Positions 26,847 to 36,949 of a DNA stretch of 64,000 nt are shown in pieces. Below the pieces are notes generated by a model that was given only the letters and a program-made list of their open reading frames with translations, did no database searches and was not told where the DNA came from. A program made the position numbers and the translations under genes. The stretch covers positions 31,102 through 95,101 of the forward strand of contig JBAYHC010000003.1 of the NCBI GenBank assembly GCA_041666325.1. The letters run 5' to 3'. Source of the DNA: Patescibacteria group bacterium. GTDB lineage: Bacteria > Patescibacteriota > UBA1384 > XYA2-FULL-43-10 > 1-14-0-10-43-13. How positions within the stretch are numbered: position 1 is the first letter of the stretch; each line of letters begins with the position of its first letter.

Positions 26847-27914
26847 CTACTTGCCCTCCTCCAAGGTCATGCGGTACTTCGCGTCGCCGCTGACCTTGAT
26901 GGTCGTCTTGTACAAGGTGCGGGTCTGCCGAGCAAACATTCGCACCACCACCACCGTTCCGGGCGGTGCCTTCACAACCAAAGGCTTGCCATCCGTCTGA
27001 GCCTTTTCGTGCCCGTCCGGCATAGCATATCGCTTGTAGACCTCCTTCCCGTCCGCTTCGACAACGGCGTCATACGGACCGCCGCCATAGCCGCGAGGCG
27101 GGAAGACCTTGATGGTCACCCGGCTTTCGCCGGAGTTAGTCTGCGAGGCGGCGTCTTGGATACGCTTGACGGCCTCATCGGTCGTCTGCCGCACATCATG
27201 ACGCCACTTCTCCAGCTCGGGGGTGTTCTCGACAGTCCCATTGCTGGTGCCCTCGTCGACTACCTCCTCGCTATCCTCGCCAGCGGCCGCGTCTGGGTTG
27301 GTCGGCATGCCACCGAAGTGATAGCCAGCCATCCAGCCCGCCAGCTGGTCGCCGGTGCAGTTCCCGCCCGGTCCCTCGACCAGGAAGTATTGCACGAAGT
27401 TGTTGTGCTTGGTCTTGCCGCGGAGCGAGAGAACGGGAATCCAGAGCGCGTAGTAACGGCTCAGCTTCCCGCCATCCAGCTCGACGATGGGATACATCGC
27501 ATGCGACCCCAAGCGCTGACCTGACGTGCTGACGAAGTCGACGAACCCCTCGCCCGGAGTCAAGGCTACCGGTGTTAGTCCCTTGATGATCCCGCTGGCC
27601 TCCTTGGAGGATGCTATCGGGATCGGGGACCACCTGATGCTCTTGATCTCCCCGCGCGAGGTTGAGATGTCCAGTCGCCGTCGGAGCGACGTGCCTCTGA
27701 CTGCCGTCAGGGCCTTGTCGGAGCGATCCGACCAGGTCCAGAACGGGTCACCCGAGGTAGCGCCCGACGCATAGTGATCGACGGCCACCGAGACGGTGAC
27801 CTCGGCCTTCTCGTACTGATTGTTGAGGCCGATGAGCCAACCGTCCGCCGCATTCGCGTTGCCAGTGATCACAGCAGACAGCAGGATCACCAGCAGCCAT
27901 GCTGCTTTTTGCAT
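26847..27914 (-). CDS. Secreted hypothetical protein in the same GC-rich island.
   Basis: Signal peptide MQKAAWLLVILLSAVITGNANA after an internal Met. Translationally coupled to the downstream gene. About 65% GC. Confidence 0.6.
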   Translation of the reverse strand: MQKAAWLLVILLSAVITGNANAADGWLIGLNNQYEKAEVTVSVAVDHYASGATSGDPFWTWSDRSDKALTAVRGTSLRRRLDISTSRGEIKSIRWSPIPIASSKEASGIIKGLTPVALTPGEGFVDFVSTSGQRLGSHAMYPIVELDGGKLSRYYALWIPVLSLRGKTKHNNFVQYFLVEGPGGNCTGDQLAGWMAGYHFGGMPTNPDAAAGEDSEEVVDEGTSNGTVENTPELEKWRHDVRQTTDEAVKRIQDAASQTNSGESRVTIKVFPPRGYGGGPYDAVVEADGKEVYKRYAMPDGHEKAQTDGKPLVVKAPPGTVVVVRMFARQTRTLYKTTIKVSGDAKYRMTLEEGK

Positions 27915-28079
27915 CTTCCCTCCCCTTTCTGCGTGATCACCTGCTGTGCAGGCGGTGATCGTCTGTGTGTGTACTATCTTCCTGGCAGCCTGCCCTGCCA
28001 GAAGATCATTCGGACTTAGCCTTCGCTTAGTCCGAGACATATGAAATGATTAATTAATTATTCACGCTAGCTCTCGCTC

Positions 28080-28160
28080 GTCATCCTGAGAGAATCGAAA
28101 GATCTCTTCGTATGCCGCGGGATTCTTCCCCCAACATGTCGGGATCAGAATGACAACTGG
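28080..28160. repeat. Boundary palindromic element A (GTCATCCTGAG ... TCAGAATGACAACTGG) at the right edge of the high-GC block of island 2.
   Basis: Terminal inverted repeat GTCATCCTGAG / CAGAATGAC. The interior has nested palindromes. The same terminal motif is found in element B at 36950-37091. Confidence 0.5.
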
Positions 28161-28321
28161 AAGCGTATCGCAATCATTTTCACTTCGTCTCAAACTAATT
28201 CCCTCTCTATAAACAAAATTGGGCACAAACTACTGTAGCCCAATACTATTATTGAATTCTCTGCCCCTCGTCAATACCTCGATGGTCAATGTTATCACCG
28301 CTTTCTTGGGCATAAGTCCTC

Positions 28322-28412
28322 AATCCCCTGCTAAATTACAAAGAAAACGAATTACCAAAACACGAATCTCAATTTATTTGTACTTTCGTGCGGTTATTCG
28401 TAATTTCGTAGG
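28322..28412. repeat. MITE-like palindrome of the TACGAA-word family (cctgctaaattac ... gtaatttcgtaggag).
   Basis: Arms are related to the inverted repeats of the GxxExxY cassette. Confidence 0.4.
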
Positions 28413-28671
28413 AGTTTGGTTATTTCCTTCAATCAAGCCAGGAGAGCGGCGAGAAACGATAGCAGCCGGCAAGGCCAAGTCCACTATTTTTTTGGGACTT
28501 GTGAATGCCAACCAGCCTTAAGACCTACCGTCCTAATTTCCCACTATCCCAGCCAGGTTGAAGAAAGTAACATTTTTTAGCTCTATGACACTGATATTTC
28601 TTCCCCCTCTGCTTCGAATTACTCAACGGAAGGAATGTTATCACTTTTAGAGATATTTGTCAATAGTTAGA

Positions 28672-28702
28672 CACAAAAGTGGTGGACATCAGTCCACCAC
28701 CC
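28672..28702 (-). terminator. Intrinsic terminator (GTGGTGGAC-tgat-GTCCACCAC followed by TTTTGTG) overlapping the stop codon of 28689..29108.
   Basis: Perfect 9-bp stem followed by a U-tract on the minus strand. Confidence 0.5.
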
Positions 28703-29108
28703 TAATCTTCGAAACACTCTCGGCGTACTTGGCGTGCGCCGTCTGCAAAAGCAGGATAAACAATGCCTTCTCCGTAACCTCATAGCTGCGGCGCAAATCG
28801 CCATCGAGAGGCAAGATTTCCCCCACGCTCTCCAAGGCGGCAATCACAACTGCTATTGCAGTGGAGTACTCTTGATCACTCTTCAGACGCTCCAGGGCCG
28901 CCAGGATATACTGGCGAAGAATGACATCTAGCACACGGAGATCCGAAATACCAGTCGTTCCCTCTGGTAGTGCCATAGACACAAGAAACAAAAGAGTGTC
29001 ATCATCCTGGCCTGGCAAACAGAGATTAGCCGGGCTAGCTAGTGCGGCCTTGTATCCCTCAACGAGAGGATGCTTCAGTAGCGCACGCAACCCATCTACG
29101 AAGTACAT
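28689..29108 (-). CDS. Hypothetical protein.
   Basis: 139-aa ORF followed by a terminator. Moderately GC-elevated accessory block. Confidence 0.5.
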   Translation of the reverse strand: MYFVDGLRALLKHPLVEGYKAALASPANLCLPGQDDDTLLFLVSMALPEGTTGISDLRVLDVILRQYILAALERLKSDQEYSTAIAVVIAALESVGEILPLDGDLRRSYEVTEKALFILLLQTAHAKYAESVSKIRVVD

Positions 29109-29124
29109 CCCTGCACCTCACTTC

Positions 29125-29499
29125 CTATCCTTGGTGCGGAGGCAGCCAATTGGCATTTGGCACCCCTTCCTCGCCTTGAAGTCCAGACTTACCTCTGAGT
29201 CCTTCCATGTACTCGATGGCTCGGTTGCTAACAGCAGAGTAGACACGAAGACCATCAACACCAACTTGATTGCCCATATCGACACAAGCAGCATAGACAT
29301 CCTTGTGCTTTCTTATGGTTTCCTTGACCAAGCCGGCAGCGGCCGCGATGTTCTCGGGCGTTGGCTCCTCGTCCAGAGCCTTGAGCAGAGCGCCAGCCAT
29401 CTCATCAACCTTGGCCTGGGCCAATTCAACGAGATCTCCGGTCTCTACTCCAGCGCCTGGAATCTGCTGTCCTACCTCGCCTACTGATGATGTTTCCAT
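29125..29499 (-). CDS. Hypothetical protein.
   Basis: 124-aa ORF in an operon-like arrangement with 28689..29108. Confidence 0.5.
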   Translation of the reverse strand: METSSVGEVGQQIPGAGVETGDLVELAQAKVDEMAGALLKALDEEPTPENIAAAAGLVKETIRKHKDVYAACVDMGNQVGVDGLRVYSAVSNRAIEYMEGLRGKSGLQGEEGVPNANWLPPHQG

Positions 29500-29609
29500 C
29501 TTGCTCCTTTTTTGAGCTAGTTAATAGTAAACTAAGAATGTAACCATGTCAATGGTATATACCTCATCGTAGATTAACACTGTCTGTAGTGTCAATGTGG
29601 AAAACAAAA

Positions 29610-29645
29610 AACCGCCCGCCAAGAATGGCGAGACGGATTGAAATC
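29610..29645 (-). terminator. Candidate intrinsic terminator after 29656..30706.
   Basis: aaaaaaccgcccgccaagaatggcgagacgg, a GC stem flanked on the minus strand by a U6 tract. Confidence 0.35.
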
Positions 29646-29655
29646 CCCCACAAAA

Positions 29656-30706
29656 CTAAATCAAACCCTCACGGCGAAGCTCTTTATCAATTTCTGCCAA
29701 CTCTTCGTCGGTTGGCTCATCATCATCAACATCGACAGGAGACTGCTCGCCCGCAAGAGCATAGAGCGACACGCCGCAGCGCTCTCGAAGCAACCGATCG
29801 GTATACTCAACCTGATAGCCGCCAGACAGGATCCCGCTTGCGGCTCCAATAACCGCATCAGTGTAGAGATAGTCATGGGCAAAACAATTAAAGAGCCAAA
29901 TCATCCACACAAAGTGGTCCGCACTTCCGCTAGTGATCTCTCCGAGCAACATGTGGACGTCGAAATAATAAATGGCACGCGCAGTTAGTGGCAAAAGACC
30001 AACCAAATCACTATTCACAAGCGCCTTCTCATTCAACTCGGCCATGATGCCGCCTTCGCCAAGGCCACGTTTGAAAGCATCACGCAAATACATCTCGGCG
30101 ATGTCATCAGCCAAAGGTTTGGCCCGATCCAAATCGGCAGGCCGCAATTTAATGTACGCTGCTTGCACCAAATCCAAGACCGACCAATCAGTATCCTTAA
30201 TGAATGCCGCCAACTGCTCAGCTCGGCGATCACTATTCTCGTGCTCGTAGCAAACAAGCAACAAAGCAAGAATGCGCTGATCATCACGCCCAACAACGGG
30301 CAAGCCAACCAATTGGCAAATGGTATTGAGCTTGCTCAGAGCATCGGAACCGGTCTCACCGATTCGCTCCGGCTGACCATAGCCCTCGCCTATGATCTTC
30401 TCGATTGCCCTCGCCCAAGCAATAATACCGGTGTTCATCCGGGATCCCAGATAAACCAAAGTGTCGGGATCGAGAGTGAAATAATTATACTCAAGCACCT
30501 CGACCCGGTGATCGTCGGTGAACCTGTAATCAAGACTGGTCAAAAAAGGAAACGCAACATTCTCGACGTGATCCCTAATCGCTTCGGACGAATAGCTTGT
30601 GAACCAATCAACCGTTTCGCAAAAGACAAAGTAAGCCGGAGATTCGGATGCCTTGCCGGCAAAGTAATCAGTCCGGAACTCCTCGTATTCCTCAGGCCAT
30701 GCCATG
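29656..30706 (-). CDS. Hypothetical protein (~350 aa).
   Basis: Long ORF. Start at MAWPEEYEEF is preferred over the upstream Met. Confidence 0.55.
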
Positions 30707-30862
30707 GCCGCTCCCCTTCTCAAGCAGAAACTCTCTACTTGAGATGACCCCAATCCGCCAGCCATGCACCAGAGCGGTACATGGGCAGTTGGCAGACGGG
30801 GCCATTCTCAAAAAGAGATAGTCGTAGTTAAGCACAAAATATTACGACAAGCAACAATCAGA

Positions 30863-31918
30863 CTACTCTAGCTCAGCTTGCGTCGGAGCCAATTGGTTGT
30901 ACTCACCTACCTCAACACCATATTCCGAAACAAACTCCTCGTATGGCAAATCATCAACCGCACCAGCCACCTTCGCGCCTCGCAATTGGTATTTAGAAAC
31001 AACTTTCCACTTCAGACCCTTTTGGCGGATTTTCGTGCGCAAGGCCTTAACATCGCTACCAGTCCAAATTGTAATCGGCTGCTCGCCAGATCGCTCTTCG
31101 ATTAAGGCAACAACATCTGGATTCAACTCGCCATTCTCGTCGAGCAGTGTGCCTTCGATATCGATGCACAGATCAGGAAACTCCTCGCCAGCGAGTGGCG
31201 TAATTCTTTTGTTCGCTTCCGCCCTCTCCATCTGTGTCAGCCGGATCAACTCTTCTTGCGGCAAATCGCCGAAAACAAGCCGAGCTAACCTCTCCCACGC
31301 TACCATTTTGTCTCCGCCTTGAGCCAAGGCATATCGCAAATCATGCTGGAGTGCGCCAACTGCAGTTTCAGCATTTGGCACTTCCATTAATCGCAAAGCC
31401 AAGGGATCGCTGGGTCTTGTCTCATTCTCAACTTCGCCAAGTAAAATCGCCTTCATGTCAACCAATGACAGCGGAAGTCTGGCAAAGTGAACATTGGAAT
31501 AAGAGCGCAAGGCGTGATATCGTTTATCGTTGGCCAGCTGAATCTCGGGCGACCAAGACAAAACAATAACCGGTTTTCCATCCGGAGCAAATTTTAGTGC
31601 TTCATCAAGCCCAATCATGTCTGTCCGCTTGCCACCGTCAACCAACATCTCAGAAAAGACCAGTGTTCCCTCTGTGCCCTCGGGCAACAACATTGTCGCC
31701 CGCTCCAGTGCTTCTCGAATCGGCGCACTATCCGTGATAATTCTAATCTCGGGTCTGCCCCGCAGTACATCTTTGTCTTCTCTGCTGCGTTCTTGGGCCG
31801 ATTCGAGTTCTCCGGCTCGAGCCGAGGCAACCTCGCGATCCTGAGATAATTCTTTATCCAAGCCACCATCGCCCTCGGTCCCCTCGCCATTCAACGCACA
31901 ATACTTTCTTTCGTCCAT
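30863..31918 (-). CDS. Hypothetical protein with a C-terminal HAD-like hydrolase module.
   Basis: DLCIDIEGTLLD carries a DxDGT motif I, followed by a Rossmann-like C-terminal region. Confidence 0.55.
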   Translation of the reverse strand: MDERKYCALNGEGTEGDGGLDKELSQDREVASARAGELESAQERSREDKDVLRGRPEIRIITDSAPIREALERATMLLPEGTEGTLVFSEMLVDGGKRTDMIGLDEALKFAPDGKPVIVLSWSPEIQLANDKRYHALRSYSNVHFARLPLSLVDMKAILLGEVENETRPSDPLALRLMEVPNAETAVGALQHDLRYALAQGGDKMVAWERLARLVFGDLPQEELIRLTQMERAEANKRITPLAGEEFPDLCIDIEGTLLDENGELNPDVVALIEERSGEQPITIWTGSDVKALRTKIRQKGLKWKVVSKYQLRGAKVAGAVDDLPYEEFVSEYGVEVGEYNQLAPTQAELE

Positions 31919-31925
31919 TTTTCTC

Positions 31926-32231
31926 CTATCTGTTATCTAAAAATTTAAAAAATTCATCGGCGCGTTCCGGAAAAGTATTTCTAAGACTGCCATTGATTGT
32001 ACCCCTGGTCGACGCAATCTCATTCTGAACATTCCCCTGCTCCGGCTGTACAGGAGCACCAATATCCTCGATCAGATCGATTTCGCCTCTCTGAATCATG
32101 ACAGCGATTTCCCTATCAGGTTTCATTGATCGAAGCACACCCTCGACGTCTGCTTGGACTAAAAATGACGGTTTCTCAGCGTGAGCGCGATAGCTCGCCA
32201 CCTCATCGATATTTAAAAATTCTCTTTCCAT
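31926..32231 (-). CDS. Hypothetical small protein.
   Basis: 101-aa ORF positioned between neighbouring genes. Confidence 0.4.
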   Translation of the reverse strand: MEREFLNIDEVASYRAHAEKPSFLVQADVEGVLRSMKPDREIAVMIQRGEIDLIEDIGAPVQPEQGNVQNEIASTRGTINGSLRNTFPERADEFFKFLDNR

Positions 32232-32287
32232 CTATTACTCCTGAATTAAGCCACCATACACCGGCATTAAGTCGAATCTTCCTTCTC

Positions 32288-32902
32288 TCATACTTGACTT
32301 TCTTTAATTTCTTTCTTTTCATCTTCTTTTTTAATTGTTGGTATTTCACCTGGGTCGACACCAAAACGGCGGCGGGCAACATCTCGCAAGGCTTCAGACG
32401 AATAGCTGGCCAAAGGGTTGCCGCTCTGATGATAGGCGTTCAGGTCAACTTCATAAGTCGTTTTTCCGTTGCCAAACCAGTTAGTTTCCTCTGTATTATA
32501 TTGCTTGCCATAACGATAAATCTCTTGATAACCAGCGAATGGTATAGTCGAGCGAACATGGATCATCTCGCCGCTATCAATTTTCAAGACCGTCCCGACA
32601 AATTCCTCGCCATCATAAATTCTGACCGCCCGAACTTCTCCACGATCATTTAGAAAATATTCACCGCGAAGACCCCTCTCCTCGGCCTCTTTTTGCAACT
32701 GTTGACAGCGCTCCTCTTCTCTTGACGCTAGCTGCTTCTTGTTTTTTTCTCGCTCAAGAGCTTCCAAAAAATATTGTCTGATCGGCTCCCAGTCTGGATC
32801 AACCTTCCCGTTTTCGTCTGCACCCAAGCAGTCAACCACACCATTAACAACATTTTCATTAATTACACCGTCAATTTCCTGGCCTTCGTTTTCTCTTCGC
32901 AT
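32288..32902 (-). CDS. Hypothetical protein.
   Basis: ORF with an internal start at MRRENEG. Confidence 0.5.
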   Translation of the reverse strand: MRRENEGQEIDGVINENVVNGVVDCLGADENGKVDPDWEPIRQYFLEALEREKNKKQLASREEERCQQLQKEAEERGLRGEYFLNDRGEVRAVRIYDGEEFVGTVLKIDSGEMIHVRSTIPFAGYQEIYRYGKQYNTEETNWFGNGKTTYEVDLNAYHQSGNPLASYSSEALRDVARRRFGVDPGEIPTIKKEDEKKEIKESQV

Positions 32903-33118
32903 AGTCTCCTTTGTTAACAAAAAATGGAGTTTCCTCCAGGTTAAAAAACTCATTAGTCTAACATTGTCTCCAACTCTCGAGCCGCCCACCTCCGTGGTCA
33001 GCTCGAGGTTAGGCTCGGACCCGTGTCCGAGCAGGATTGGAAACTTGCCGCCTTTTCTCGCCCCCTATGTGTTCAGGGGGAATCACGGCTTATCGACCCG
33101 TTTCCAGGGCCGTGGCAC

Positions 33119-33616
33119 TCACTTGGCCAGCGCTTGCCGGCGCCGCTCGAGACCGAGGGCTCTTGACATTCTCTGAATCTCCCGATCTACCGCGCGCATA
33201 TTGAATTGCACGGCGTTGACAGTAGAGTAGGAACTTTCAGAGAGACAATTACCCTGCTTGTCCCGAACGATCACCCAGACGTAGTTGCCATAGTGGCCAG
33301 GCGTTACCTTGGACTCGACGATAAAGTCGGCCCCGGTAATACTGGTCCGCTTGGCACCCGCCTCGATGATCGCCTGCATTGCCCTGGAGACAAGCGGTCC
33401 GCCGTTCTTGGAAGCGACCGTCATGCCCGCGATGTCCGCCTCTTTGAGAGCACTCTTCACACTCTCAGGCAGCGCATCGTAGCGCTTGACGATCTTCGCC
33501 TCCTCGGTAGTCAGCAGACGCGGCTCGTCGTCCTTAACAGCACAACCGGCACAAGCCAGCGCAACGAACAGTAAGACAACGACTTTTTGTATTTGTTTCA
33601 CCCCCTCTCTGAGCAT
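33119..33616 (-). CDS. Lipoprotein (lipobox LACAGC) in a GC-elevated region.
   Basis: MLREGVKQIQKVVVLLFVALACAGCAV.... Confidence 0.5.
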   Translation of the reverse strand: MLREGVKQIQKVVVLLFVALACAGCAVKDDEPRLLTTEEAKIVKRYDALPESVKSALKEADIAGMTVASKNGGPLVSRAMQAIIEAGAKRTSITGADFIVESKVTPGHYGNYVWVIVRDKQGNCLSESSYSTVNAVQFNMRAVDREIQRMSRALGLERRRQALAK

Positions 33617-33698
33617 TCTCTGCTCAAGGTGAGCTCGGTTGCGGGTCGGACCCACACCCGAGCAGAGATACGAGGAGCTGCGCTTGCCGTTTTGCTGC

Positions 33699-34073
33699 TC
33701 ACTTGGCGCGAGCAAACCGGCGCTTGTAATAATCAACCTCCCTCCCTTCGTCATTGACCAGATGGTAGACGGCGATGTCCAGCCACTGGCCCGCCTCGAC
33801 CGGTCCGTTGGGATCGACGGTGCCGTCGTACTCGATCCGACCAGGCAGAGCGATCCTGCCCTCGTCGTACTCGAGACAGACGACATCCTGCTCGGTGTCC
33901 CCTCTGAGCTTGCAGGCAGCGGAGCCCGCCGGAGCCTTGACCCAGACCTCGACGAGGATGTCGCCGTTGGCCTGAGGCACGTACTCCTCTCGGGTGATCT
34001 CGCCGCCCTTGGTCTGGGCACAGCCGGCGAAAGCGAGAATGCCGAAGATAGCGATCAGTGCCAGTGCCTTCAT
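33699..34073 (-). CDS. Lipoprotein (lipobox LAFAGC).
   Basis: MKALALIAIFGILAFAGCAQ.... Confidence 0.55.
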   Translation of the reverse strand: MKALALIAIFGILAFAGCAQTKGGEITREEYVPQANGDILVEVWVKAPAGSAACKLRGDTEQDVVCLEYDEGRIALPGRIEYDGTVDPNGPVEAGQWLDIAVYHLVNDEGREVDYYKRRFARAK

Positions 34074-34711
34074 GAAACCCTTCCTTTCTGTGAACACACT
34101 ACAGTCTCCTCGCAAAGAGCTCCTTGAGCCCTTGTGCCAATAGACTGAAATGGCAACCCATTACAACAAAATCATTTACCAAAAACACACACCCTTTTGT
34201 CGCGTACGCTACAAAAGTGATGATGTTTTCAACCCTCAGAGGATAGCCCGATCACAAGATCGGGCAGGATCTATCTGAGAGCAGAAACCGGGGGCGGTGG
34301 AGATAATAGTATGGATGCTCGACTTGATAGCCAAAAACCCACACCCTCGTTCTCTCCACCAAGGCAACGAGTAGCCGTTTATAGCAACGGCGGTTGATGC
34401 CTGCCGGACACACTGGTGTGCCCAGCCCCTACGACGACATGCGGTCATCGCACAACACGACGTTATCTCGTGTTGCCGGTCTTTTCGGGCAGCGGAGTAG
34501 TTACCCACTTTTCCTCCACCGTCTTGCCGCAATCAGCCAAGCTGACACTGGCGGCAAAATAGGCTGAGCGGGTCCATGCCACCTGCGCCGAGCTCCTCGA
34601 TTAGGATCGACGACGCAAGTTAAGGCTCCTCTTTCTGCTTAACCTACCCTTACTGCTCAACCACTGGCAACAATGCTACCTAAGGTGGGTACCAGATAGT
34701 TGAGTTTTCCC

Positions 34712-34790
34712 GATGAGCATTCCGCTCTGAGTCAACCCTGAACCCGACGTGGTTCAGGGGGATATCAGAAAGGATCTGAGGTGGTGAAGA
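34712..34790. repeat. Repeat R1, containing the hairpin CCCTGAACC-n6-GGTTCAGGG.
   Basis: gagcattccgctctgagtcaaccctgaacccgacgtggttcagggggatatcagaaagg. Confidence 0.5.
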
Positions 34791-35819
34791 TAAGAACCGT
34801 CTTATCCAGACGTTCCCCGCTCTCTTCACGCAGGGCAGCCTCCCCGGCCAGGCCCTAGATGGCCCCGGCCTATTGAGTGAGCTCTAGCGGTACCACTATC
34901 TGCTGTGGTTGGCTATGTTCCCTCCCAAACAGATTTCGGGAAGCCGAGTAATCGCCCAGTTTTCCTCGGCCGTTTCACCGCACCGGTCTGATCCTTCCCC
35001 AGGGAAGAATAAGTTCCGGGGCGATAAATTCATCGAGACCAGTAAACAGCACCGTGTGCCGCCACTAATCTCACCCTTTGCGCCGGCTAGTTGAGTTGTA
35101 ACATGAGTCTATCAACCTCATGCCACCGGGTGTTCAACAATCATAGCCTGGCAATTTCAGGAAGCGTGGCCTTAATCCTGTAATTCATCCACGCTTTTCA
35201 CCGCACCAGTGGGTCTCGTGACCGTTCAAGGCGGTCGCGCCTTTCGGCTCCCGAGGTAGACCAACTGGAGGCGGCAAACAACTCGAAGGTGCTAGCACTA
35301 GGCCATCATTTGACCACCAGCACATTCTCGTCGCCTTTTTCATGACTGGGCGAATGACGGGATCGCGATTTCAGGTCGCGGCAGGTATCCCGATGCCCAG
35401 TCGCCGATTCCTTCCTCGGAGGATGGCCCGATCTCTAGTGGATCAAGGCCGGATCTTTCCGAAGAAAGAGTGGGGGTGTGGAGAATATAGTCGCCGTGGC
35501 GACCCTCGTCACCTCCACCACACCAGTTACGAGTGGGCTGAGTTACACCTCAGGTGCACCTGAGACTTGGCTCTTATGGCGGGCCTTTATCCGCCCCTGT
35601 GCCCATCTGGGACCCCCAATTTCGGGACGGCAGATAACTATCCGTCTTTCTCTGCCGGCTCGCCGCACCACACTGGGGGCGGCAAGTATCATCAAAATGT
35701 TGCGATGTCCGGTACATATCCCGGCTTGCTTTTTTTGACGACCCCTTCTTGTTGTCGATCCAGTAGGTGATTCACCCCGGCCTGTGCCGTTCGGATACTG
35801 CCTCGACAACCATTTTTAT

Positions 35820-35895
35820 TGAGCTTCCGCTCTGAGGCAACCCTGAACCCAATACGGTTCAGGGGGGATATCAGAGGGGAAATTGTGTCACCTCG
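35820..35895. repeat. Repeat R2, about 85% identical to R1.
   Basis: gagcttccgctctgaggcaaccctgaacccaatacggttcaggggggatatcagagggg. Confidence 0.5.
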
Positions 35896-36079
35896 ATTTG
35901 GATGAGTGTGGTTCGCCCTGGGTCCTCCAGGAAACAGGCGCCACGAAGGTGACAGCGGGGATCATATCTGCGCTTTCCTTTACCGCGCTTTTCTTATAAG
36001 TTTTGCAGCCCTTGGGCTATAACTTCTTATAAGACGGCCTGATACTAGCCGGATCGTTCTCGATCATCGAAGCTTCAAG

Positions 36080-36376
36080 CTACGCTGGGCTGACGGAGAG
36101 CCCCAGCTTGCCGCTCAAGAAAGCAGCGGCCACAGCCGGAGTCTTCGCCAGACTCTCGGGATACGGCAGTGATACGATCACGCCTCCCCCGACGTAGCTC
36201 CGCTCGCCCTCCCCGCGCAGTGCGTTTTCCACGTAGTGGATTCGCCCCGAGCAGGTGGTGCAATGCGAGCAGCTAATGCGGGCGACTTCTATCGCCACCT
36301 TGTCTCTGTCAAAAGAGACTTGGCGCGAATTCCGCCATCCGCCTACCCACACACGAAACCCGTGTTCAGGCATCAT
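36080..36376 (-). CDS. Possible small Cys-containing protein (CSHCTTC), weakly supported.
   Basis: GGGGGGTG ribosome-binding-like motif before ATGATG. 98-aa ORF inside the otherwise non-coding stretch. Confidence 0.3.
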   Translation of the reverse strand: MMPEHGFRVWVGGWRNSRQVSFDRDKVAIEVARISCSHCTTCSGRIHYVENALRGEGERSYVGGGVIVSLPYPESLAKTPAVAAAFLSGKLGLSVSPA

Positions 36377-36949
36377 TGTTCACCCCCTTCCCTTTTTGGT
36401 GCCTAATGCCGGCCTTTGCCTTGCGGCCGTACCGGTTTGACAAACCGCCTCAACCAGAAGTCTCATCTTTCTTCCAATTGATTTGGCTAGCCAATCAGCA
36501 GTTTCAACTTTCCAGCCATCAACTATTTGATAGCTCGAGGTTGATCCCGATCCGCCAAAGGCGAGATCGGGACAGGTAGGGATATAGGTGTTGGGCGCAG
36601 GGATTATGTCATCATCAGGGTTCGGGCCCGACGAGACCTCATTCTCCTGCCAGGCGCACTTAGGCCTTTTAATGAGTAGGGATTCCCCTATACGCCCCCT
36701 CAAGGGGAGCGAAGCGGGGGCCACCCTGGGCACACTCCTGCCACTGCCCGACCAGCGGGCCCAACACCTCTTCGGTCAACCGGCCACAGCCGTGCTTGAC
36801 TGAAGTCTTCATTGCGGTGAAGTGGAAGGGAGTTGTAGCAGACCGTACCCCGATATGCGGCTAAGGTGGTAATTATATTTCCTGCCGTCGGGGGGAGTGC
36901 CACAACTCTGCTTCCAGCTCACTGCAAATATTGTTTATTTCTCTTTCCC

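Larger units (their letters stand above)
34100..36930. other. GC-rich (~60%) stretch of about 2.9 kb with no convincing ORFs. It contains repeated ~60-nt hairpin-bearing elements and may be a large structured RNA or a decayed acquired element.
   Basis: The six-frame track shows only 60-117-aa ORFs on both strands. Repeats lie at 34712-34790 and 35820-35895 (GAGC.TTCCGCTCTGAG.CAACCCTGAACCC....GGTTCAGGGGGATATCAGA). Partial copies lie near 33070 and 33612. Confidence 0.4.

Noticed and set aside
28080-28160. Hammerhead-type self-cleaving ribozyme in palindromic elements A and B (CTGAG...CGAAAG).
   Set aside because: The core deviates from CUGANGA...GAAA at essential positions (CUGAGAG). The similarity is superficial.
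34712-35895. Diversity-generating retroelement template/variable repeat pair (R1/R2).
   Set aside because: The differences between the copies are not restricted to adenine positions, and no reverse transcriptase gene is nearby.
36380-36733. 117-aa minus-strand ORF in the non-coding stretch called as a gene.
   Set aside because: There is no RBS and the composition is implausible. It overlaps repeat-rich GC DNA. Only the adjacent 36080..36376 ORF, which has an RBS-like motif, was retained, at low confidence.
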